Shown here: piece by piece, positions 36,073 through 44,900 of the stretch
Numbering within the stretch: the stretch's first letter is position 1
How the letters are laid out: each line of letters opens with the position of its first letter
Virus record (IMG/VR): IMGVR_UViG_3300050343_000185
Source: a virus
Length of the DNA stretch: 64,000 nt
Reading direction: 5' to 3' (one strand)
Program-made: the position numbers and the translations under genes
Notes under the pieces: generated by a model
Seen by the model: the letters and a program-made list of their open reading frames with translations, nothing else
Told to the model about the DNA's origin: nothing
Databases searched by the model: none

Positions 36073-37750
36073 TTTTTGTAAGTACCATAACATGAATACC
36101 GTTCCACCATCCATTAGGATCTTCTGGAATTTTGGTTAGAATCTTTCTCTCAAACAAAAGATTTAAGTTGTTCTCTTTTACAAAGAACTCTGCTGCCTGC
36201 ACAACACCCATAAAATTTGCATCGTCAATAACAAGAATAAACTTGTCCGCAAATGCGGGAATCAAAAATGTTAGATTATCATACTGAGATTGTGGATCAT
36301 GATCAGCATCATAAAAAATAACATTAGGTTGTTTGTGTATATTTTTTGGTGTCAAATCTTGAATTGATTTGGGACAGAAGTATTGTTTCTCTCTCAACCC
36401 ATTAAAGAATATTTTCTTTGGGTTATCAATCTCTACATTTACTTCATCTCTAAACGGAGAAATATCTTCTTCTGAATAATCATCAACAGCAAATGCTTCC
36501 ACATCTCTATTCATGGTAGCAGCAAAGAATGTACTACCAGCATGAACACCAAGTTCCATGTAGATAGCATCAGGTTTAGACAAAAGGTTGTTTAAGAAAT
36601 GCCTTACGATATTGGAAGACAATCCTGGATACTTATATCCTTCTTCTACAAACTCACTATCACATCTTGCTGCTTTTTCAATCGATGTTAGAACTAGTTC
36701 TATATCATCATCAAAATGTCTATCACTACGTTTCATTCTGGACTGGACAACTGAATCACAATAATTACATTTCCAACAATCAAAACCACATGTCTTGATC
36801 TTCTCTCTCCAGATGTCAATTGGTTTCTCTTCTAGAGCTACATCTTCAATGTAGTCATTAAACTGTGGGTGTAGTATCTCCTCGTCTGCCGCCCATCGTT
36901 TGATAATATCCATGCTTTCCATGAGACGCATTGCATTCTCTCTGCCATGCATCTTGAATACATCAATACCTAGATCAAGAAACTCTTCCCAATCTTTTTT
37001 CCAGGGTGGGATAGTTGCTGCTTTCAGTGATGCTGCAGGATCTCTTTCATCCCATGAAGAACAAGACACCCTACTTAAACTAGTATTAAAATACTGAGGG
37101 TCATCTTTTTCTCTCACCATATTGTAATGGTAATGTTCGGGCATGATAGGACAACCACCCCAACACCATTCATTGGCAAGTAAAGAAATTTTTACTGGTT
37201 TACCAATGTCAGCACAGTATTCTTTTGCTTCTTTAATCTTAAGTAGAGTATCTCTGTCACGCATAAGATCTCTGTCTAGATTGACATAGTGAAACCCTGC
37301 TTTTGCTAGGTTCACAATCTCATTAGGTCTGGTGACTTCTCTTAGTATAGTATTTTTAATAAACAGTTCAGGAAACTCTTTCTGCAACTGTCCTGTCAAG
37401 ACCCATGATGTATGAGGTAGAGTTACAATACGAACTCCTGCATCATATAGAAATCTAAAATTTTCAATAAAAATATCTAAGTTTTCTTGAGTAGGAGGAA
37501 CTTGAATATTATTAAATGTAGCAGACAAGGGAATGCCTGTCTCTTGGGAAACAAATAAAGCATTGAGAGAGGTATCTCTCATATCCCCATCAACAACATC
37601 ACCCATCGCATCTTGCACGAAAGGTGGCATACGACAGGTGAAATAGATATCATAAATGTAATCTTTGTATTCCTTAAGAAAAGGAATCAAAGTATTAACT
37701 ACAAAATCTTCTGGTAATTTGGTGTTAAGAGGGAGAGAAAATTTTGCCAT
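36059..37750 (-). CDS. U32-family Fe-S protein fused to a C-terminal class I SAM methyltransferase (Methyltransf_24-like)
   Basis: U32-like GFHYVNLDRDL, LLANEWCWGGCP, RVSC, GIDVFKMHGRE and CGFDCWKCNYC; MTase YMELGVHAGST, AVDD, IFYDADH, LVIDD. Confidence 0.72.
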   Translation of the reverse strand: MAKFSLPLNTKLPEDFVVNTLIPFLKEYKDYIYDIYFTCRMPPFVQDAMGDVVDGDMRDTSLNALFVSQETGIPLSATFNNIQVPPTQENLDIFIENFRFLYDAGVRIVTLPHTSWVLTGQLQKEFPELFIKNTILREVTRPNEIVNLAKAGFHYVNLDRDLMRDRDTLLKIKEAKEYCADIGKPVKISLLANEWCWGGCPIMPEHYHYNMVREKDDPQYFNTSLSRVSCSSWDERDPAASLKAATIPPWKKDWEEFLDLGIDVFKMHGRENAMRLMESMDIIKRWAADEEILHPQFNDYIEDVALEEKPIDIWREKIKTCGFDCWKCNYCDSVVQSRMKRSDRHFDDDIELVLTSIEKAARCDSEFVEEGYKYPGLSSNIVRHFLNNLLSKPDAIYMELGVHAGSTFFAATMNRDVEAFAVDDYSEEDISPFRDEVNVEIDNPKKIFFNGLREKQYFCPKSIQDLTPKNIHKQPNVIFYDADHDPQSQYDNLTFLIPAFADKFILVIDDANFMGVVQAAEFFVKENNLNLLFERKILTKIPEDPNGWWNGIHVMVLTKNELI

Positions 37751-37940
37751 AATCTACAATCACTTTTTCCATATACATGTGTTCTGCTTCTGGGTTTGTG
37801 TCCAGAATATACTTATTACTTTCCGCTAACTCCAAGAGTTTTTCGCGGTTAAGATCTTTTGTTTGGTCTACCCATTCATATCTACGAAGAATAGAGTGAT
37901 GGATTACAGGAACCAATTCAAGGTGTCTTTGACTCGACAT
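37725..37940 (-). CDS. Hypothetical protein (71 aa)
   Basis: Overlaps both neighbours in the operon. Confidence 0.6.
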   Translation of the reverse strand: MSSQRHLELVPVIHHSILRRYEWVDQTKDLNREKLLELAESNKYILDTNPEAEHMYMEKVIVDYGKIFSPS

Positions 37941-38760
37941 TGTTAGTTTGCTCTATTTGTAGTTGTCCTGAGTATTTATGTTGCTGTAGTTTAGGAAGCG
38001 CAATACCATCTTCCTGTAACTGTGCTTGGATCTGTGGTGCGATCATTTTATTAAGTTTATCAATACCACCACCAATCATACCAGAATATTTAACAGCAAC
38101 ACCAAGTGCTTCCACTTGATCTTCTTCTGGCATGTCCATGATTGTTGTCATGTTACCAGCACCAATTCTACCATACGATACAATATCCATTGCTGCTTGC
38201 TTACCCATACGAGCAACCCAATAAGTTCTTACTTCATGTGGTTGTTCTTCACAGTAATATTCAATGGGATTGTCCTCGTCAACATACTTGTCAATAATAT
38301 TTAAAAAATATTTTAACTCTAGTTCAGATTGTCTGAGTTTTCTTTTCCAAATACCAACATCATAATCATTTTTCTCCATGTCAATTTGCATCAACTCTTT
38401 ATCGAGTTCATCAGGAACTAACTCCATGTCCCTAATTAATCTCTTTCTTAAAATTTCTGCTTTTCTTAAACTGTTTCTATTTTCCATGTAGGCATGATAC
38501 CTAGTTTCAAGTTCCATCAGTGCTTGACGGACTTTTCTCCATGGAGTCAATTGAGGGTCAGCAACAAAGTGCTCACACTCATACTCTGTCATGCCACTAT
38601 TAAAGCGCATACTAGCAGACAGGATATCAAAATCTTTATTGGTTAGACCAAATTCATTTACGAAAGATTTTGATAAATGGATTTCGTTAGTATCAGAACT
38701 AACAATGTTTCTTACATCTGAAACAATATCAGATAAATTAGCGTCAGAATTTAAAGACAT
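37918..38760 (-). CDS. Conserved coiled-coil hypothetical protein (280 aa)
   Basis: True start MSLNSDAN; GMTEYECEHFV...TPWRKVRQALMEL, WVARMGKQAAMDI. Confidence 0.7.
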   Translation of the reverse strand: MSLNSDANLSDIVSDVRNIVSSDTNEIHLSKSFVNEFGLTNKDFDILSASMRFNSGMTEYECEHFVADPQLTPWRKVRQALMELETRYHAYMENRNSLRKAEILRKRLIRDMELVPDELDKELMQIDMEKNDYDVGIWKRKLRQSELELKYFLNIIDKYVDEDNPIEYYCEEQPHEVRTYWVARMGKQAAMDIVSYGRIGAGNMTTIMDMPEEDQVEALGVAVKYSGMIGGGIDKLNKMIAPQIQAQLQEDGIALPKLQQHKYSGQLQIEQTNNVESKTP

Positions 38761-39553
38761 ATGCGTCACACTCATATTCAGGTTTACGATCCCAATCAGT
38801 TTCAGAGACCGTTCTGCCCATTTCAATTGCTTGTTTTTGGGGCAAGAGGATACCGATGTAATCCTCGTATAATATATTTAGGTCCCATACAGAAGTGCAA
38901 TCTTCAAATTTTTTCACTAATGATTGATATGATACGAGCATAGTGGAAAGTTTATCTTCCCATTCTTCTGCTTTTACTAAAATTTTATTTGCTAATTCAT
39001 CTTTATTAATGTGTCTTTCCATAGAAAGATAATCTAGGAAAGGAGTTTTGTGTCCTTGTCCTCCTTTATATGTCAACCATTCTCTTGCTTCATGTTTTTG
39101 AATCTCCCAAGATGCAGATTCTAAATCTGTTGTGTTCTTGAGATTTCTAAATCTTGTATTGTACTCGTCTTCAATAATTTCTTTTGCAAAATCAACCATA
39201 AAATCCATAACATCTTTTAAAATGTTATCCGTCAATTCAATGGGCACTTTAAGAATTTCATTAGCAGGTGTCCAAGCAAATCCTGCTTCTCCTGTATTTA
39301 CAGCAACCTTACCAAAAGGTCTGATCTCAGAGAAAAAGTTAGATCCGTTATAAGCTTGTTGTTTAGTAACTTCCTTATACTTGTGTTCCCACTCTTTGTA
39401 GATGACTTGATAAATTGTTTCGCTAACTTCTACACACGAGAAGTGCATCAACGAAAACATTTCGTTGTAATGTAAGCGAAGATCTCCAGTTGCCGATGAA
39501 CTGACAAACTGCTCTTGCTTGATTTCCTTTTCGTTTATGATTAGATATCTCAT
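38744..39553 (-). CDS. Tail-fibre assembly chaperone-like protein (DUF4376-like C-terminus)
   Basis: ESASWEIQKHEAREWL...TPFLDYLSMERHINKDELANKILVKA resembles phage fibre chaperones; TAATG coupling to the upstream fibre gene. Confidence 0.55.
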   Translation of the reverse strand: MRYLIINEKEIKQEQFVSSSATGDLRLHYNEMFSLMHFSCVEVSETIYQVIYKEWEHKYKEVTKQQAYNGSNFFSEIRPFGKVAVNTGEAGFAWTPANEILKVPIELTDNILKDVMDFMVDFAKEIIEDEYNTRFRNLKNTTDLESASWEIQKHEAREWLTYKGGQGHKTPFLDYLSMERHINKDELANKILVKAEEWEDKLSTMLVSYQSLVKKFEDCTSVWDLNILYEDYIGILLPQKQAIEMGRTVSETDWDRKPEYECDAYVFKF

Positions 39554-40839
39554 TATTGTGCCTGAAGTGCGGTTACAGAAGCGGCACCAGAACAGCAACC
39601 GCCAGAAGATTGACCATAATGACCTTTGGGTCTTGTCGCAGCACCCATGTTGGTCTCAACGTCAGTAGTATAATCCCACTTGGTTGTGTGGTTGTTTTGT
39701 TGACCATCATATTGTCCCATCATATAACCCCAGTCCTGTCCCATCATGAAGTTTTCTTCACCGTAAGCACGGACTTTCGTTCCGTTTGCTAGACCAGCTC
39801 CACTTGAACCACTATACTTTGACCATGGTGATGTGACATTGTTTCCAGTACCAGCATAGAAATGACCGTACTTGGAAGGTAGGAACTTACAAACTCCATC
39901 AGGAGCAGCATTGGATGACCAACCAGACCAGGAATCATTTGAGTGATCTACAGAATATCTACTACCAGAGAAAGACGCCCAAGATTTTTCTTCATCTCCA
40001 CATGCAGCAGTATGATCACTACCAGAAGGTGAACTACCTACCTGATACATAATCTCGGAAGGATAATGTAGTTTACCTACAGCAGCGTTACCGCCACCTA
40101 AGTTATAACCAAACTGTTGTTTTTGTGCGGTAGCACATGCATTCCTGTCTCTACTGACAGGCATGTTCCAACCACCAACAACAGTGTATCCCATGACGCC
40201 TCTAGGGTCGTCACCTTCCCAACCATATGGGGAAGTTGGAGAGTAAGTACCACCACCAGGATTACTTCCTGTAGTACCAAACATTCTCCTCATACCTGTG
40301 TGTAGGTTGATGGAATCAGTATGACTGGATGCTCCCGTGAATGCATTAATGCAACCGTGAGCATAACCAAAGTAATCACTCCAGGTACAGTCAGCATAAG
40401 TTAGTGCTCTAGTTAACTGCTCACCACAATAGAATGTAATATCATTTGCGTGCCATGTTTTATTAACAGTTCTCCAAGGATTAGATCCTTTATACCCCGC
40501 CACCAGAAAACCATGTGTTATCAAACTCCTATATCTGAATCCTGTAAGAGGAGCAGATGCAACAGTTTGACCAGGATACGCCCAGAAAACACCGTTTTCA
40601 CCATCGGATACTAGATAAGATCCTCTAGTGATATTTGCAGGTTCGGGGATACCCCCACCAACCTCATCCCAGTCAGATCCATTCCAGATCTGTGCTTTGT
40701 TTTCATCGGTATTATAAATGATTTGACCGACGTTTGGGGATGCTGGTCTTCCCGCGTTGTTAAAAGATGGTAGTTTTAAACCTTGAGTGGTTAAACTAGC
40801 ATTTCCTGTAACAACTGTTCCAACAGTTAACTGAGACAT
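39553..40839 (-). CDS. Virion fibre-tip / receptor-binding protein with Kelch-like beta repeats
   Basis: N-terminal MSQLTVGTV and GQIIYNTDENKAQIWNG adaptor; aromatic-GG repeats; G/S/W/Y-rich. Confidence 0.65.
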   Translation of the reverse strand: MSQLTVGTVVTGNASLTTQGLKLPSFNNAGRPASPNVGQIIYNTDENKAQIWNGSDWDEVGGGIPEPANITRGSYLVSDGENGVFWAYPGQTVASAPLTGFRYRSLITHGFLVAGYKGSNPWRTVNKTWHANDITFYCGEQLTRALTYADCTWSDYFGYAHGCINAFTGASSHTDSINLHTGMRRMFGTTGSNPGGGTYSPTSPYGWEGDDPRGVMGYTVVGGWNMPVSRDRNACATAQKQQFGYNLGGGNAAVGKLHYPSEIMYQVGSSPSGSDHTAACGDEEKSWASFSGSRYSVDHSNDSWSGWSSNAAPDGVCKFLPSKYGHFYAGTGNNVTSPWSKYSGSSGAGLANGTKVRAYGEENFMMGQDWGYMMGQYDGQQNNHTTKWDYTTDVETNMGAATRPKGHYGQSSGGCCSGAASVTALQAQ

Positions 40840-40863
40840 GGTTACGCTTCTGTCCTATAAAAG

Positions 40864-40870
40864 TATTTAG
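40864..40870 (-). promoter_or_regulatory. Late promoter CTAAATA heading the 40839-32529 operon
   Basis: Same heptamer precedes gp13, gp17, gp18, the 29313 gene and the 51067 fibre gene. Confidence 0.7.
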
Positions 40871-41220
40871 GGTTTTGGATAGTTTTCTTTAACAAGTTTC
40901 ACAGCAGCATACCAAGAGGAAGTATCTTTTCCTGGAACCAGACCACTTTCCATGTCATGAAATAACATATCTAATTGATCTGCAATTCCAGGATAGTCCA
41001 TTCTTCTTGAAAGATCATATGAAGGGGGTTTCAAAACTACTCTCTGAATCTCCCTATCTTGGAAATTGTAGAAGTAATCAGCTTCAGTATCTTTTGGTTC
41101 TAATTCATATGGACCTTCGATCCACATAAAATCTTCATGAACTTCAAATCTTCCTTCAGTTCCAGTTTTTAAGAACTGACAAATATTTCCTGTTTCCTTA
41201 TGAACTAATGATTGGTACAT
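40867..41220 (-). CDS. Fibre assembly chaperone-like protein (117 aa)
   Basis: True start MYQSLVHK; RRMDYPGIADQLDMLFHDM...VKENYPKP motif typical of small fibre chaperones. Confidence 0.6.
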   Translation of the reverse strand: MYQSLVHKETGNICQFLKTGTEGRFEVHEDFMWIEGPYELEPKDTEADYFYNFQDREIQRVVLKPPSYDLSRRMDYPGIADQLDMLFHDMESGLVPGKDTSSWYAAVKLVKENYPKP

Positions 41221-41221
41221 A

Positions 41222-41977
41222 TCAAGTATACTCCCATACGATAACGCAACCAGCACCGCCGTTGCTATTGTTATAAGCAAAATCATTCTGTGAATAATAA
41301 CCATAACCACCGCCAGAACCCCACTGTCCGTGAGTAATTTCTTCTTGGTTGTTATAGTAATGGTGAGACGATCCTGCTTTGTGCCAATAACTAGATCCGC
41401 CTGCACCTTCTCTGTTGGCATCGTGTGCCATTTCTCCACCACCACCAGGGACGTTAATGTCTCCACCACTGGCATTTCCACCAGGACCACCTTGGTGAGG
41501 GTTGTCTGATTGTCCGCCTTGTCCACCAGTAGCAGTACAATAAGAACCAAAAGATGAAGTTCCTCCCGTTCCTGCTCTTCCGCCATTTCTTACATATGCA
41601 CCACCGCCACCATACTGGTAAGTAACGCTAGCAACACCAGAGAGATCAATATATTTGATTGAAGTAGCGCCGCCACCTCCACCTGCACCACGGTAGCTGT
41701 TATCATTAATGCGTGCTCCACCTCCACCGCCAGTAACATATACTAAAACATGGTTGCAACCCGCAGGTTTTGTCCAAGTTCCAGATCCACCAGAAGTAGA
41801 TTTAGCATTCCACGTACCATTTTGCGATGTATACACTTGAATGCCAAGTAAAGCACCAGGAGTGGTCATGTCAGAATAACCACTGCCATCCCAAATTTGT
41901 AATTTATCATTCTGCAGATCCATAATATTAACACCAGCGGTGTTTTGGATCTGGTCAACTTTTAAAATGCCTGCCAT
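41222..41977 (-). CDS. Glycine-rich fibre-tip / adhesin-like protein
   Basis: MAGILKVDQIQ start; GTWTKPAG...VTGGGGG...GGTSSFGSY...GGAGCVIVWEY. Confidence 0.7.
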   Translation of the reverse strand: MAGILKVDQIQNTAGVNIMDLQNDKLQIWDGSGYSDMTTPGALLGIQVYTSQNGTWNAKSTSGGSGTWTKPAGCNHVLVYVTGGGGGARINDNSYRGAGGGGGATSIKYIDLSGVASVTYQYGGGGAYVRNGGRAGTGGTSSFGSYCTATGGQGGQSDNPHQGGPGGNASGGDINVPGGGGEMAHDANREGAGGSSYWHKAGSSHHYYNNQEEITHGQWGSGGGYGYYSQNDFAYNNSNGGAGCVIVWEYT

Positions 41978-41983
41978 AATTTT

Positions 41984-44900
41984 TTATACGATAGCCCAGT
42001 TACCACCACTATTTATAGTTACAGTGTAACCAGTAGCAATAGTAATAGGTCCAGCACTTACACAGTTAATATTTGCTGGAATAATTACGTCCTCAGCAAC
42101 TGTGTTACTATTAGATTTAAAGATACCATATGAGTCTATCCATTGCTTGACACCATTAGAATAAAGGGTTCCATTCGCAACTTGAATATCACCAGAAACA
42201 TCTAGTTCATATACTGGATCTGCTTTATTGACACCAACTTTAGAAATTCTATAGATGTCTAAATTGTTAGTTGCTTCTGTCCATCTTGAAGTTACAAACT
42301 CCGCATTGTTCTGGAAGAACTGACCATTAATGTTCATATCTCCCTGAACATTCAACTTATAATTTCTGGTTGTGTTAGATTCTGGATCTACACCAGATGT
42401 AGAAGTTGTGTTAATAGAGACAGCGTTAACATCACCCTTAATGCTGATAGCAGGAGTTCCATTCCAAGTTGTTCCACCATTATCAGTGGATGCTTGGATT
42501 GTGAATAGATGGTTGCCAACTAACTGGTTACCAACTCTAAAGTTTCTATAGGAAGAAGCACCACGGAAACTAATTGGAGCACCACTATTATCATTTGCTT
42601 GGTCGATGGTTAGTCCATCATTAAAGCATCCATTACCAGCAACTTCAAAGGTGAAGTTTGGTTCACGGGTGAGTCCAACACCCATTCTTCTTGTAGCAAG
42701 AATATCACCAGTAACTTGTAGTGCTAGTTTAGTTTCTGTTCCTTCAATAAAGAATGCTTCATTATATTGGGAGTTTGGTGTGTTACTATCAGAGTGATAA
42801 TATTCAATTTTACCATTTTGAGCTGCTGATCCTAGATCAGAGAATCTAATTTGAGCTCCAACACTATCAGTTGATGTGCGAACAAAAATACCAAGATCAC
42901 CAACAACATCTAGATTAGCTACTGGATTTGTAGTATTAACACCAACTTCATTTGCCGATACATCTACAAATAGTACACCACTATCTACGTTAAAATCATC
43001 TGCGACATTAACAAAACTATTTAAGTTTGTGGTTCCGGATACTGTTAAGTTAGAACCAGATCCAGTAAGGACCAAAGGTCCGGTCATGGTATCGCCTGTC
43101 TTCAATACGTTAAGTGAAGAAGCACCAGTTACATCTGCAGTAATTGTTCCCGCAGAGAAATTGCCAGAAGCATCACGCTGTACCGCATAATTTGGAACGT
43201 TAGAACTACTAAACAGGATATTGCCAGCATTCCAAATAACTTGATTGTTTATTGTAAAAGCATTAGCGTTTACAACAGAAACATTAAGAGCGCCAGAACC
43301 ATCAGTTGCATTACCACCAGATGCTTCAATTTTTGCATTAAAGTTTGCGGACAGTTGCGAAGAGTTGAATATAATTGAGGGTGAAGATGTAATGCCATCT
43401 TTTCTACCTAACTGTAGTTCTGCGACACCACCATTACTTTGGAAGTTAGCAACTTCTACAGTATTACCATCTTCAATAGTAAAGTCGTCAAACTCTACTC
43501 TATTAGATGCAGTACCAATTGTTAAGGCACCAACAAAATTACCGGAAGTTAATCTACCAATCAGAATTGTATAATCATTAAAGTTGTCAGTAAGGTCATC
43601 ATTGGTTATAACATTGTCGAGGACAAAACTACCAACACCTTGTGCGTTCGCATTATAAAGATTGATTGAAGGGTTAGTAGGATCGCCAGGAATAAATGGC
43701 GCAGTGTTTAAGATCTGACCGGAAACATAAATTCTATACTTAGGATCTCCACTGAATGACTTAATGGTAATTTTATCTCTAAATTTAGTTTCACTAATAA
43801 ATCTAGGAAGGCGATTTTCAGATAGTGTGCCGTAGTTAATGTTTAGAGCATCCTGATACCAAGTTCCTTGTCTATTATCTAATCTGTCAGCATCTAGTCC
43901 AGAGTCAACACCATCATTTAGTGAACTCCATACTCTAGCCCAAGAGTTCCAGGTTGTGACTCCGTTACCAGAACCACGAAGATACATGTTATCATCATTA
44001 GCAAACGCAAGTTGTCTTACGCCACCAAATGATGCGTCGAAACCAGACGCACCGTTTCTTAGAGTTAGAACTAAGTGCTTAGTTGATGTGCCAGATCCAA
44101 TACCAGTATTAACAGAAGGATAAGCAGATCCCAATCCGTTGGAGCTATTAAATACTGTGTTTGAAATAGCACCTTCAACAAAACTGTTTGGATCTGGATT
44201 TGATGTTGGGTTGTTAGTACCAGTTTGTAATCTGATAGTGTTGTTTGAAGATCCACTAACGTCAATATTGTAAGTACCATTTAATCTATCGGATGGAATT
44301 GTTCCAGAAAATAGATTGGATGCATTTGTATAGTAATTACCTTGCTGACCATCTAGTAAGTCAGCGTCTAGACCACTATCTGGACCTGTCTTAAGTTCAA
44401 CCGAACCATTACCAGCCTGACCGATATTGAACTGTGCTTTCTTATATCTAGAAACACCAATTGTTCCGTAAAGATCAGCGGAAATAGTTAGATCCGAAAC
44501 TCTGGTGATATCAATAGCAACGTTTGCATACTGTCTATTAACAGTAGAAACTTTAGCATTCAATACAAGATTAGAACCAGCACCAATTTCTGTTGGAGAA
44601 ACTGTGATAGCATAGTCAGCGTTGTATCCACTACCACCATCGGTAACTGTCAGATCTGTAACTGCGTTGCCAGAAACAACAATATTTGCTTTAAGACCTG
44701 TGCCTGTGCCACCTTGTAGTTCAACATCAAAATACTGACCATTAGTATATCCACTACCACCATTGGCAACGATAACAGCATCAACAAATCCACCTAAAGT
44801 ATAGGTAGATTCAAACGTCATTGGAGATTCGCCACGCTCAAATTCGATGATCGTGTTGATTGGAATATTTTGTGTTACTGGATTGTTTAGTGCTACAGTG

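Noticed and set aside
36059-37750. Calling the U32 domain a collagenase or protease
   Set aside because: Characterised U32 members are Fe-S hydroxylases; Cys motifs are present and no catalytic protease motif is evident.
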